DNA of 64,000 nt, from positions 72,602,001-72,666,000 of the forward strand of contig OX597821.1 of NCBI GenBank assembly GCA_951406725.2, read 5' to 3'. A program made the position numbers and the translations under genes. Of the stretch, positions 1-12,282 are shown in pieces (position 1 is the first letter of the stretch; each line of letters opens with the position of its first letter). The notes below the pieces were generated by a model, which was not told the DNA's origin, did not search any database, and saw nothing but the letters and a program-made list of their open reading frames with translations. The DNA is from Octopus vulgaris. Lineage: Eukaryota.

Positions 1-255
1 GGCTGTCACCCCCCTCCCTCCTACAATTCACCACTCTGTGTTGCATGATCTTTAGGTGGTATGGTGTATCTGTTACCACGGATCTTTGGATCCTGTTTTC
101 TTGTTCAACTGTAACATTTCATTTTACTTCAGACAAAATGGAGAAGGGCAAGTAATTAACTGAACGTGGGATTATTCAACACCTAATCTTCACTGTCACT
201 GTGGCTCCTATTATTCTCTGAATATAAACACAAATACTTCATCCACACTAGTCAT

Positions 256-470
256 TATCATCATCATCGTTTAACGTCCGCTTTCCATGCTAGCATGGGC
301 TGGTAAACCAGACGGCCGCACTAGGCTCCAATCTTGATCTGGCAGAGTTTCTACAGTTGGATGCCCTTCCTAACACCAACCACTCCGAGAGTGTAGTGGG
401 TGCTTTTACGTGCCACCAGCACGGAGCCAGTCAGGCGGTACTGGCAATGTCACCGGCACAGGTGCCAGTA
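256..470 (-). mobile_element. RTE 3'-tail copy
   Basis: Matches the shared tail gttaggaagggcatccagctgtagaaac...ccatgctagcatggaaagcggacgttaaacgatgatgat. Confidence 0.85.
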
Positions 471-654
471 AGGTGACGTTAATTCTAATTCTAATTTCAT
501 GGGAAGAATTTAGGTTGAAATATTTCTTTGTTTTTAAAGATGATTAAGACTTCACTTTTTACTCACTGCAACAACAGGGTATACACCTGTGTCAGTACCC
601 AGAAATTTGACAGCTCTTACCCACATTACATTTTGAAACACATTGAAAATGGCT

Positions 655-1528
655 GACAATGAAGGGTCTGTCTTTCTCAGAGTAAAAGGCAGATTGTATG
701 ATGCCAGTGTGCGAACAGCTGTGCTGTATAGCAGTGAAACATGGGCTGTGACAGCCAAGGACATGCGTAGGCTTGAAAGAAAAGAAGCCAGTGTGCTTTG
801 CTGGATGTGCAATGTCAGTGTGCATGTTCAACAGAGTGTAAGCATCTTGAGAGAAAAGTTTGGCATGAGGCATCAGATGTGGTGTGCAAGAAAGAAGACT
901 GCTCTGGTATGATGATGTGATTGATGTGCATGGTCAAGGACAGCTATGTAAAGAAGTGCTGATCTCTAACTGTGGAGGGAACCTGTGGTAGAAGTAGACC
1001 CAGGAAGACATGGGATGAAGTAGTGAAGCATGATCTTCGCACTTTGAGCCTCACAGAGGCAACGACTAGTGACTGAGACCTTTGGTGATATGCTGTGCTT
1101 GAGAAGACCCAGCAAGCCAATTAAAATTGTAGTCCTGGCTGATGTTGGTGTCATAACTGGCACCCATGCTGGTGGCATGTACAGAGCACTGTGGGAGCAT
1201 TGGGCCTCACAGAGGCAAAGTGGCTGAGTTCCTTTTGAGTGTTGGGCCTCATGGAGGCAATGACCGAGACCTTTGGCATTATGTCATGCTTGAGAAGAAG
1301 ACTCATCAAACTGAGCAAAATTGCAGTTGTGGCAGATACTGGTGTCATGCAAATGGCACATAAAAGCACCCATTACACTCTGAGTGGTTGGCATTAGGAA
1401 GGGCATCCAGCCATGGAAAACCATGCCAAATCAGACTGGAGTCTCGTGCAGCCTTTGAGTTTGCCAGCCCTGATCAAACCGTCCAACCCATGCCAGCATG
1501 GACAATGGATGTTAAATGATGATGATGA
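655..1528 (+). mobile_element. RTE LINE 3' fragment (same family as 6860-8655)
   Basis: RVKGRLYDASVRTAVLYSSETWAVT homologous to 7775-7999; same 3' UTR and (GAT)n tail. Confidence 0.9.
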
Positions 1529-2505
1529 AGTGGCTGTATTTCAGTGTTGCAGATATTTTGCACGATTCTCTTATTGTTGCAATGAAAGGTTCTACCATCT
1601 GTTTGTGGTTTGAAGGAGTCTGATTTCTGTTTGGGGTGACCAGCTTCACTCTCACTCTTGACCAGTAGCAAGCAAAAAGTTGTAATGACTGGAAATACCT
1701 CAGCGATGCACTGGCACGACCAGGGTGGCTGAGATACCTCACTGTGCCCTGAGGTAAGTGCTCCATAGTGGCATTGCTGGAAATCGTCTTTCTGCTGGTT
1801 GAAATCTAATCCCTGATTGTCACAGATTGTCTATCACAATTCTAGTCTTCACATACTTATGGTGACAAGGCTCGAAAACTCTACAGCTTCTCTCAAACTG
1901 GTTTAGCAGATTGCCATTGCAGTTGTCCAGGTGTGCAGGCATTTTGTTGTCCAATGAGGGCCAGCAGCCCTGGAAAGGGATTACAAATTCCTCCTTGTCA
2001 AAGGTATTGGATCTCTCTGACTCACCATACTTTGCTTTTTTAACAGTGTTAAGAATGTCAAATGTCCCAGAGTGGTTGTTGGGAATGGTTAACTCTTTTA
2101 GATTGTAGTAAGAGGGAATCTTTTGAGAGTTGAGTTCCCATTGAGATGTCAGCATCAATGGCTGCAACAGATGCCTTGGCTGACTGAAGATAATTGGTGG
2201 AATCATTATCAGTAATGAAGAGAACGTTAGGTGGGGGAAGGGTGCAGGAGGAGAGAGAGAGGGATTAGTAGAGAGTTGTTGATTACGAGGAAGAAGAATG
2301 AGAGAGGTTTTATGTTTGGTGTGGGAAATGGAGAGGCTTTTGAGAATTAGTCTATCCACTGTTGAGGTGTTACTTTTAACAGCAGTGTAGAGTTGATGAA
2401 ATGGGAGAGTTTACATACGAAGAGGTCAGATAGAGACAAATGGCATCTATAGTCTGGCCGTTTGGCTCAGAGGTTCCTGTGCCACAAATTATGGAAGGCT
2501 TTGCT

Positions 2506-2775
2506 CATCATCATCATGATCATCGTTTAACGTCTGTTTTCTATGCTGGTATGGGTTGGATGGTTCAACTGGGGTCTGGGAAGCCAAGAGGCTGCACCAT
2601 GCTCCAATCTGATCTGGCAGTGTTTCTACAGCTGGATGCCCTTCCTAACACCAACCACTCCTAGAGTGTAGTGGGTGCTTTTTACGGGCCAGTGGAGGGC
2701 TGACATCGACCGTGATCGGATGGTGCTTTTCATGTGCCACCAGCATGGAAGCCAGTCAAGGCGGTGCTGGCGTCA
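2506..2775 (-). mobile_element. RTE 3'-tail copy
   Basis: Same tail in reverse, (CAT)n start on + strand. Confidence 0.85.
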
Positions 2776-3289
2776 AACAAAAGCCATTGCTTAAGTCCTT
2801 GATGTGTAGCGGAAGGGGAAAATTTGTACTGAGGGTCAATAAGAAGGGAAAGAATTGTTTATTGCTGTTTCTGCCATCTTTGAGGGAAGTGAGGGCAGTC
2901 AGTTAGCTGTTGGCTGGGTTAGAAAGATTGATCAGTTTGGGAGTTGGGATGCATTTGTGAGTTTTTATAGGTTGAAACAGAGATGGAAAGATTAAAAAGT
3001 TTATGCTTTTTAAGGGTAGAGAAGGGAACCCTGTCGGGATCAGTATCCTTCTTGGGTGGGGTTGAATAGAGATGTTTACACATTCGCTGAACATGTGGCA
3101 GGGAGTTGTGGGTGGGTGGATACATCTATGATGGGTTACTTAACCCTTTAGCATTTACTGGCCATATCCGGCCAAAAGATTTAACTTGTTTTATGTTCAT
3201 ACTGGCTAGATCCAGCCTCTCACCCCTAACCTACAATGTCATTCTAAAAACAATCATATCATGGAAATGTTAAAGCCACACAATAATGC

Positions 3290-3830
3290 ATTATCATCAT
3301 CATCGTTTAATGTCTGCTTTCCATGGGAGCTGTCCAGACTCCAATTGGTTTCTACAGCCGGGTGCCCTTCCTAACACCAACTACTCAACAGTGTGTGCTG
3401 GGTGCATTTATGCAACACCAGCACAGGTGTGTCAGTACAGCACCGACACAGGTGCATCTTTAAGTGGCACTGGTACCTGAAAGGAAGACGGCGATTTAGC
3501 CTGACGTGTCTTATCAAGTACAAGAAATTGCTGCATCTTTTGCTGGTCCCTTTGTCATTTCCTCAGTGAGGCCCAGCAGCCGAAGATCCTTTCTCACCAC
3601 TTCATCCCATGAATTCCTGGGTTTGCCCTTTGCACAGGTATCCTTTACAATTAGGGCTTGGCACTTCTTTATGCAGCTGTCCTCATCCATACTCATCACA
3701 TGTCCAAAACCAGCGCAGTCTTCTCTCTGATGCCTTTTATACCCAGTTTTGCTCTTAAACCATTTACACTCTGTCATGTGTGCACACTGACATTACCCAT
3801 CCAGCAGAGCATGCTAGCTTCATTCCTTTC
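3290..3830 (-). mobile_element. RTE LINE 3' fragment
   Basis: GHVMSMDEDSCIKKC...GKPRNSWDEVVRKDLRLLGLTEEMT followed by degenerate tail. Confidence 0.85.
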
Positions 3831-4245
3831 ATCATCATCGTTTAATGTCCGCTTTCCATGCTAGCATGGGTTGGACGATTTGACTGAGGAGGACTGGCAA
3901 ACCAGATGGCTGCACCAGGCTCCAATCTGATCTGGCAGAGTTTCTACAGCTAGATGCCCTTCCTAACACCAACTACTCCGAGAGTGTAGTGGGTGCTATT
4001 ATGTGCCTCCAGCACAGGAGCCAGTCCAGCGGCACTGGCAACAACCTCACTCAAATGTTTTTTCGCATGCCACCAGCACAAGTGCCAGTATTGTGACGCA
4101 GGTAACGATCACGCTCGAATGGTGCTTTTTACGTGCCATCAGCACGGAGGCCAGCTTGTTGCTCTGGCAACAATCATGCTCGTATGGTACTCTTAGCACT
4201 CCACTAGCACAGATGCCAGTCAATGAATTTGATTTTGACTTCGAT
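3830..4245 (-). mobile_element. RTE 3'-tail copy with internal tandem units
   Basis: Same tail plus repeated ggtgctttttacgtgcca units. Confidence 0.85.
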
Positions 4246-4369
4246 AACCTTAATTAATTCAAAACAATGTGAATAAATAAACATTACATTTGATGTCAAG
4301 CCAAGTAAAATTCTGGCTGTCCATGCATACAGCCATGTCCTTTGCATCCTTCTCTCAGCTGAAAGATTC

Positions 4370-4580
4370 TTGTCTTGTGGGCTCGCGGGTATCGGTGCCA
4401 TCTAAAAAGCACCCACTACACTCTGTAAAGTGGTTGGCATTAGGAAGGGCATCCAGCTGTAGAAACCATGTCAAATCAGACAGCTGGAGCCTGGGCAGCT
4501 CTCCAGCCTTGCCAACTCCTGTTGAACTGTTCAACTCATACCAGCAAGGAAAACAGATGCTAAATGATGATGATGATGAA
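4370..4580 (+). mobile_element. RTE 3'-tail copy
   Basis: aaaagcacccactacactc...taggaagggcatccagctgtagaaa...gatgatgatga. Confidence 0.8.
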
Positions 4581-5194
4581 AGTGTTGCATGGATTTTTAA
4601 ACCTAAATGTGGATGGCTGTGATGAGCATCGCTAATTTTTAGAGTTAGTGAACAGGGGAGGGATTCAAAGAAACACAATTCTAAAGACAAAAAATTAAGC
4701 AAAAATGATGAATTTGTCATTGACAAGGTTAGGGCTTCAAAGTAGTTTCCAGTTGGAGTGGTTTGTTGTTGCTTGGTACTTGACCAGTTCTAGACTAAGA
4801 TCTCTCACAAAAGACCGTTTCTCTATTATTCAGGCATATCAATCTTGGACTTCATACTCCAACGTCCCACTTTTTAAGATGGTGTGATTTAAGGGAGATT
4901 TGGTTGTTATTTCTAGTTGAGTGACAATGTAGAGGCTGGTTATTTGGCTTGGTTTTTCTCAGAAGCCATGCTGTAGAAGAGGGTCCACACTGTGATAATC
5001 AGTTGATAGGGATTTGATTTCTCTTTATTAGTTAGTTTGTGGGGAGGGGCTGTATTTGTGACCCTCTCAGACCAGTACATCATCATCATTTAATGTTCGT
5101 TTCCATGCTGGCATGAGTTGGACGGTTTCACAGGAGCTGGCAAGGCTGGGATCCACACCAGGTTCCATTGCCTGTTGTGGCATGGCCAATCTCT

Positions 5195-5385
5195 GTGGTT
5201 GTTAACAGCTGCAGGAAGAGAATTCCAGTTTGGTTTATGGCTCAATGGAGACAAGTTCTGTGTGTGAGTATCAGTGAAGAAGTCCTCAACCATTGCAACT
5301 GAAGAGAGTAGTCAGGAGGCAAGTAGGATTGTAAGCCTGGAATATGGTTGAGTCTGTTGTGATGTGTATGTTTAGAAAGTTAGTT
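5195..5385 (-). mobile_element. CR1/L2-like LINE C-terminal remnant
   Basis: WNSLPAAV motif in the minus-strand translation. Confidence 0.35.
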
Positions 5386-5774
5386 GTCATCATCATCATT
5401 GTAAAGAAAAAAATGAACAGGACTGAAGTATTTTTTATAGCTTTAAGAGGAAACCCAATTTTGAAAATTCAACATTTAACTGCAATGTGGACTATGAAGG
5501 TGGCCATTTGCCAGTTTTTGTTTTGGCTCTCTGCAGTTTCAGTTCAAATCCCAGCATGGTTGACTTTAGCATTTCGTCCTCCCTGGGTTAATGAATGAAA
5601 AATACCAGCCAGGTACTGGGTTCTTCACTGTGACCCTTCAAATCAGCTGTGCTAGGGTTCTCTTTCTCTAGTCAAAAGGAAGCTGTTGAGGAAAGGGCTG
5701 GCAAACCTCTTCTCATAGAAACCAAAAAACTGATCTGCCATTGTAAACAGGCCAAAAGACAGGCCAATGATTCC

Positions 5775-5915
5775 ATCATCGTTATCATTGAACGTCTGTT
5801 TTCCATGCTAGCATGGGTTGGATGGTTCGACCGGGGTCTGGTAAGCCATGGAGGCTGCACCAGGCTCTAGTCTGATTTGGCAGTGTTTCTACAGCTGGAT
5901 GCCCTTCCTAACGTC
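5775..5915 (-). mobile_element. RTE 3'-tail copy
   Basis: ttccatgctagcatgggttgga...ctacagctggatgcccttcctaacg. Confidence 0.8.
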
Positions 5916-5917
5916 CT

Positions 5918-6356
5918 TGCTGTAATTTAGCCCCAGGAAACATCGTCTCCAGCTAGCTATACGACACAATCTATGTTCTTATATTTTCGAACAAGGGAAT
6001 CTAGCACCTCCACTCAGCTCAAAACAATATCCGTGTATTGCGATTTCCGGGTTATTTCCCTTCATCAGCACAGAATAATCGTTCAGCTAGAGGTGGCACT
6101 GCCAAATTCCTGTTCAAAATATATAGTTTTCAAAGTGACAACTGGTCACTGATCTATAAATTAGAAAATTACTACTTTTTAATCTCACAAGGGAGAGAGT
6201 TAGCATAAATGAAGGGAAATAACCCAGAAATTGTGATACACATATTGTTTTGAGGTGAGTGGGGGTGCTAGATTCCCTTGCTCGAAAATATAAGGACACA
6301 GATAGTGTCGCTTAGCCAGCTGGAGATGATGTATCATGGGGCTAAATTACAGCAGC
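5918..6356. mobile_element. Penelope-like fold-back element (family B)
   Basis: Arms 5918-6066 and 6209-6356 are imperfect reverse complements; partial third copy at 34574-34680. Confidence 0.7.
6030..6074 (-). ncRNA. Hammerhead-like motif (family B)
   Basis: UCUGUG CUGAUGA aGGG aaauaa CCCg GAA AUCGCAAU A CACGGA; stem I pairs, stem III is near-palindromic; the A.G pair at the base of stem II is non-canonical. Confidence 0.55.
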
Positions 6357-6859
6357 ATTCATCCTAAACCAGGACTGCCTTGTTATGTTGGCAAACAATC
6401 TTTACTCCCAAAAATTGAAGTAGTTTGTCATAATGTGGAGGATTATAGTTTAACACTGCAAGTTTATGAAACCTATCAGTTCTAGGATGTAGAGGATTAA
6501 AAGATTATTTCAAGGATATCAGAAATATTTTGTAAGGTTTGTTATTAATGTGTAGGAGGAATCCTTGAGAGACTGCTTGAATGGGTGACAAATCATAGGA
6601 AAAGGTCATTGACAGAGAAACAGATGTCATGAAGCGAGGAAGCTTCCGATTACAATGGATCCTTCAATGTGCAGCTTTTGAAAAGGAATAAGGGTCCACT
6701 GGGGAGATTGATCCCATCGATTGTGGAACTGTGCAGATGCGTTGGAGTTGTGGATAATACCATTCAAATGATGACACCATCCATTCTTCTCCTCCAGTGA
6801 TGAAGACCCAAAGAAAGCAGATGGTCTCTGAGGCAATGAGACATGTCTCTAGCATCTCT

Positions 6860-8655
6860 CTGGGGAGCCCAACTAATTAGGGAGAGATTTAACCTAGATG
6901 AGATGCAGTTTGGTTTTGTGCCAGGCAGAAGCACCACTGATGCTATATTTCTGGTAAGGCAACTGCAGGAGAAATATCTAGCCAAAGATAAACCTCTGTA
7001 CTTGGCTTTTGTTGACTTGGAGAAAGCCTTTGACAGGGTCCCCCGATCCCTTATCTAGTTGTCAATGTGGAAACTGGGGATAGACGAGTGGTTGGGGAGA
7101 GCTGTACAAACTCTATACAGGGGTGCTGTCAGTAAGGTGAGGGTTGGCAATGAGTATAGTGAAGAATTCCGAGTAGAAGTAGGGGCTCACCAAGGATCAG
7201 TCCTCAGCCCCCTCCTATTTATCATAGTCCTCCAGGCAATGACAGAGGAATTCAAGACAGGCTGCTCTTGGGAGCACCTCTATGCTGATGACCTTGCCCT
7301 ACTAGCCGAATCACTGGCAGAAACTAGAGATGAAGTTTAGGGTGTGGAAGCAAGGTCTAGAATCGAAGGGCCTTAGGGTCAACCTAGCAAAAACCAAAGT
7401 CCTATGAAGTAGGAAGGTTGTTAAACCATAATCCCTTCCAGGCAGATGACGCTGCTCGATCTGTAGAAAAGACTTGGGTAGAAACTCCATACAATGGATA
7501 CATAAAAGGTGCAGCAATATCAAAGGAAGGTTAACTGGGAAATAGTTTTTGTGTGCGCCAGATTCACAAGGGCAATAAACACTGAAGATGTACAGAAAAC
7601 AGATTCCATCACATGCCAGGGTGAAAAAATAGAAGTAGTTAATAGCTTCTGTTACCTAGTTGACCAAGTCTGTAATGGGGCTGGATGTTCTGAGAGCGTA
7701 GCGGCTAGAATAATAGATGGGCAAAGTTCAGGGAGCTCCTACCTCTGCTTGCAACTAAGGGCCTCTCATTCAGGGTGAAAGGTAGGCTGTGTGATGCATG
7801 TGTGTCAACTGCCATGCTACACGGCAGTGAAACATGGGCCATGACTGCTGAAGACATTCGTAGGCTTGAAAGAAATGAAGCTAGTATGACCCGCTGGATG
7901 TGTAATGTCAGTGTGCATACACGACAGAGTAAGCACCCTGAGAGAAAAGTTGGGCATAAGAAGTATCAAATGTGGTGTACAAAAGAGAGACAACGCTGAT
8001 ATGGTTATGTGTTACGTATGGATGAGAACAGTTGTGTGAAGTGCCACTCCCTAACTGTGGAAGGAACCTTGTAGAAGAGGTAGACCCAGGAAGAAATGGG
8101 ATGAGGTGGTAAAGCATGACCTTCAAACATTGAGCCTCACAGAGGCAATGACAGAAGACCGATATCTTTGGAGATATGCTATGACTGAGAAGACCTGACA
8201 ACTAAAGTGAGGTCACAGCTACACGTCTGGCCCAGTTAAGAGTACCCCTGATGTGCCATGCGATATGATATGCTTGAGAAGACCTGTTGAATCAAGTAAA
8301 ACCAATATCGTAGCTGTGGCCAGTGCCCTCTGACTAGCTCCTGTGCCAGTGGCACATAAAAAGCACCATCTGAACGTAGCCGATGCCAGTACCCCCCGAC
8401 TGGCTCTTGTGCCAGTGGCACATAAAAAGCACCAAATGAATGTGGCCAATGCCAGTACACCTTGACTGGCTCCTATACTGGTGGCACGTAAACACCCCCA
8501 CTACATTCTGAGTGGTTGGTGTTAGGAAGGGCATCCATCTGTAGAAACATTGCGAGATCAGATTGGAGCCTGGTGCAGCCGCTGGCTGTCCAGACCCCAG
8601 TCAACCCGTCCAACCGATGCCAGTATGGAAAATGGATGTTAAACGATGATGATGT
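6860..8655 (+). mobile_element. 5'-truncated RTE-clade LINE (decayed reverse transcriptase plus 3' UTR and (GAT)n tail)
   Basis: QFGFVPGRSTTDAIF, FVDLEKAFDRVP, QGSVLSPLLF and YADD RT motifs with stops and frameshifts; C-terminal HGSETWAMT; 3' UTR ends aaacgatgatgatg. Confidence 0.95.
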
Positions 8656-9444
8656 GGATCATTTGGGAAAGCCTTGGAAACAATGAATGTAAACTATTTC
8701 CCCATTCTATGAACAATAAAAGGGGGGAGGAAAAGACTACAGGAGGTAACCAGGTCTAAAGAAAGAAGAAGAAGCAAAAAGCTACTAAATGGAATGGGTA
8801 CAATATAGCCACGAAGGACAGCGTCCCGCTTGCAAGGGAGATTGTGGTGAGGTGAAAGGTAGAATGGAATCCAGCCAGAACCAGTTCTTTCATTCTCTTC
8901 GTCTATGATATGCTCCCTAGTCCTACAAACTTAAGCGTTGGCAAATAAAGGTGAGTGGATTGTGCAAAGGTGGGAACAATGAGACACAGACCCATCAATT
9001 ACCCCCTGGGTCTGAATGCAGAGACACTTAGTAACGAAGAATATTAGCTGATGCAGTGGCGGAGAGGGTGGAGCATGCAAAGAGAAAGTTCTGCAGGGAA
9101 AGTGAAGACTGCAAACCAGCTTCTGCAAAGAAGAATGGTCGAAAATGAGAACTGGAAAGGTCTTTGTTGATGGTAAATATCACTTCCTACCTTTTTGCCA
9201 CCAAACACTCGACTTTTGAGGGGAGGGGGTTTTAGTCTGTTACTTCAACGCCAGTATACCACTGGTCCTTTATTGACTGTGAAAGGATGAAAGGCAAAGT
9301 TGATCTTGATAGGATTTCAACCACAAAGCAAAAAGAATCTCCATAAATGCTTAGACATTTCTGCCAATAACCGTTTCTAGCAGAGTTAATTCCTGCCATT
9401 TATTTTGGTCTTTGTCTTCAATTAAATGACAATTTGGATGATTA

Positions 9445-9752
9445 TTCTTGTTTCAGTCATTTGATTGTGGCCATGCTGGAGCGCCGCCTTTAGTCGAACA
9501 AATTGACCCCAGGACTTATTCTTTGTAAGCCTAGTACTTACTCTATTGGTCTCTTTTACTGAACTGCTAGTTTTTGGGGACGTAAACACACCAGCATCAG
9601 TTGTCAAGCGATGGTGTGGGGACAAACACACATGCATATATATATATATATATATGGCTTTGGTCGGCCCGAGGCTATAATAGAAGATACCTGCCCAACG
9701 TGCCATGCAGTGGGACTGAACCTGGAACCATGTGGTTAGTAAGCAAGCTACT
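9445..9752 (-). mobile_element. SINE family 1 copy
   Basis: Reverse-complement match to 9993-10385. Confidence 0.8.
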
Positions 9753-9992
9753 ATTGTAAAAATTTAGATTGAGTTAAGAATAATCCAAGAGTCAAAATCA
9801 TTTAAAACCAGGTTTTAATTAATTCACTGAAAGTTCTACTGCCAGGACTGTTAAGATTAGCTACTTACAAAGGAATTTTCACAGCAGTTGCAAAATCTGG
9901 GAGAAATCCAACCATTTTCATTAGAAGAATGTGAATGATTAATTAGGTGAATCATGAGATTAATGTACGAATATATATTTCTTTTAAATATA

Positions 9993-10385
9993 GAGGTGCA
10001 GGTGTGGCTGTGTGGTAAGTAGCTTGCTTATCAACCACATGGTTCCAGGTTCAGTCCCACTACGTGGCACTTTGGACAAATGTCTTCTATAGCCTCAGGC
10101 CAACCAAAGACTTCAGAGTGGATTTGGTAGACGGAAACTGAAAGAAGCCCTTCGTGTATATATATGTGTGTGTGTATGCATTTGTCTGTCTGTGTTTGTC
10201 CCTCCAACATTGCTTGACAACCGTTGCTGGTGTGTTTACGTCCCTGTAACTTAGCAGTTTGGCAAAAGGGACAAATAGAATAAGTACTAGGATTATAAAG
10301 AATATGTCCTGGGGTCAATTTGCTCAACTAAAGGCAGTGCTTCAGCATGGCCGCGGTCAAATGACTTACACAAATAAAAGAATAA
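9993..10385 (+). mobile_element. tRNA-derived SINE family 1
   Basis: A box tggctgtgtgg, B box ggttcagtcc, internal (TA/TG)n, A-rich tail. Confidence 0.85.
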
Positions 10386-11439
10386 GTCATTTTGCCTTTG
10401 AATGGGTCGTTAATGAATAAAATGGCAGAGCACAATGTCTGCAGAACATTTGATTGGGTTTAACTGTGTAACTAATTAGAATTCAGGAGACCAAAACAAT
10501 TTCTAACAATTTTGATTCATTCAGCTGGAACAGTCTCCCTGCTGGCCCTGATAACATTCAGATGGCCATGGGATTGTCAATTTCACAATATTTCTTGATT
10601 GACAATAATTATAAAGTTATCATAAAGCATAAACGTCTCCAATATTCGTTTGGTCGTCATTAATTTAGCTGAAATCATTGATATTACAACCTTCCTCTTT
10701 TAGGTTCCACATCTCTCAACTGCCCAGTGTCCACAGACCGTTTTAGAGAAGTTCCATCAAGTGCAAACTTGTCCTTTCAAGCATGTAAAAGACCTTCGAA
10801 AGGTGTGGGGTTTTTTTTAACACTTGAACGAAGTGGTTTTGTTGATTATGTCACGGAAACATTTTGCAGAAATGTCTTTGATGAGCACAGCCACACACGA
10901 GGCCAGAATTGTTTGTTTTTAAAAATTCTTATCTTACCACTTTGGTAGATTCTGTTGCAGGATTTTCTCCATGAACAGCATTCAGAGGATTCATAATTAT
11001 TTTGTGACAATCTATCATGAACCTCTTCATTTACAGCTAAAATCAAGGCTTGTAGTTTGCTTACCTGTAATCATATACAGGTAGAAGATATCCTAAGTCA
11101 TGAGTTACAAATATTTTTTGTCTCTAATTCAACCAGGGATGCTTTTGAAGAATAAAATTTCAACTGATTCTGTGGTCAGTTCTTTGTGACAAATTTATGT
11201 AACATGACTTCCTTTGGCAACTAAATGTGTTGTCAGTCTCTGCAAAGACCAACAGCCAATGTCTAAAGGTGTGTGAAGCTTTAGGGATCTGTTAGCTACC
11301 TCAGGCTGTCATTCTTCCCCATCCAATTATTGATAAATTGAAGGATGCTGATACATGCTGTCTTTGTTTCAATTAATTTTTAAAATAACGAAGAATTTAG
11401 TAAAATACTTTCGTCAATTCCAGTGCCAATGGTTTCTTT

Positions 11440-11530
11440 GTTACTCATCTAAGTTCTAACAAGGCTCAATATTGCTCATCTTTGGTGACTAAATGAAAGC
11501 CAGTGTTTTCAGCAGGATATGGCAGTATGT
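11440..11530 (-). pseudogene. Decayed, 3'-truncated 5S rRNA copy (or 5S-derived SINE head)
   Basis: tactgccatatcctgctgaaaacactggc...tcaccaaagatgagcaa...gttagaacttagatgagtaac aligns without gaps to the metazoan 5S sequence as I recall it (about 70%, mostly transitions). Confidence 0.7.
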
Positions 11531-12066
11531 TGTACTATTAGAAATAGTAGCCAAATCTTCCTCTAATCATATGCTTCTTTATTAAAAAGAGGAAGGACAC
11601 ATTGAATAACGTGGTTGTGGGTGCACTATCACCTAAGTTGTCGCTATAATGCTGTTGATCCACTTAATGCCAACTGATCAAGACAAGCCTGACAGCCATA
11701 AAATGGCGACGGATACATTCAGCTTTAGAATCAACCATATTCTCTAGGTCATTATACACACACAAAGGTGAACAATGGTAGGCATAGAGTTGATTACTGT
11801 GAGTGGACTGTTCCTTTCATTTCTCTTTTTTAAGTGATTCAGAAGTGAAAGGATCTGTGGGAGATGCTCACTTCATTGGAAACCGTCTCTTTTGATTTCT
11901 GCTTGAGCCACAAGCAACTGTAGATCTACTGTCGCCCACCTCTGTCTGTGTGTCTCATCATTATCGAGAACAGATGATCTGTAGTATAAGATTTGGTAAC
12001 CGATACACAAAAGAATCTTTGTGTAACCCAGATGGGAAGATTATAAAGAAAAAAAATTATATATTT

Positions 12067-12282
12067 TTAGTTCGTTTTTGGATTGCAAGATTCTTTGTAT
12101 GAGTTCGTGTGTTGAAGCATATTCTGTTGTGTCTGGGGAGAGTCATTCTCTTTTTGTGCCTTATTATGTTACACACTCACCGGTAAAATTTCCACTTTTT
12201 TTCTTATTTTTATTTTACCGGTGAGTGTGTTACATTATAAGGCACAAAAAGAAAATGACTCTCCCCAGACACAACAGAATAT
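12067..12282. repeat. Fold-back element (family C), arms of about 70 bp
   Basis: 12119-12190 vs 12212-12282 near-perfect inverted repeat; atatattttt on both flanks. Confidence 0.75.

Noticed and set aside
8345-8500. Short repeats with spacer-like intervals resembling a CRISPR array
   Set aside because: Eukaryotic context, only 2-3 units, spacers similar to each other, part of the RTE 3' UTR, no cas genes
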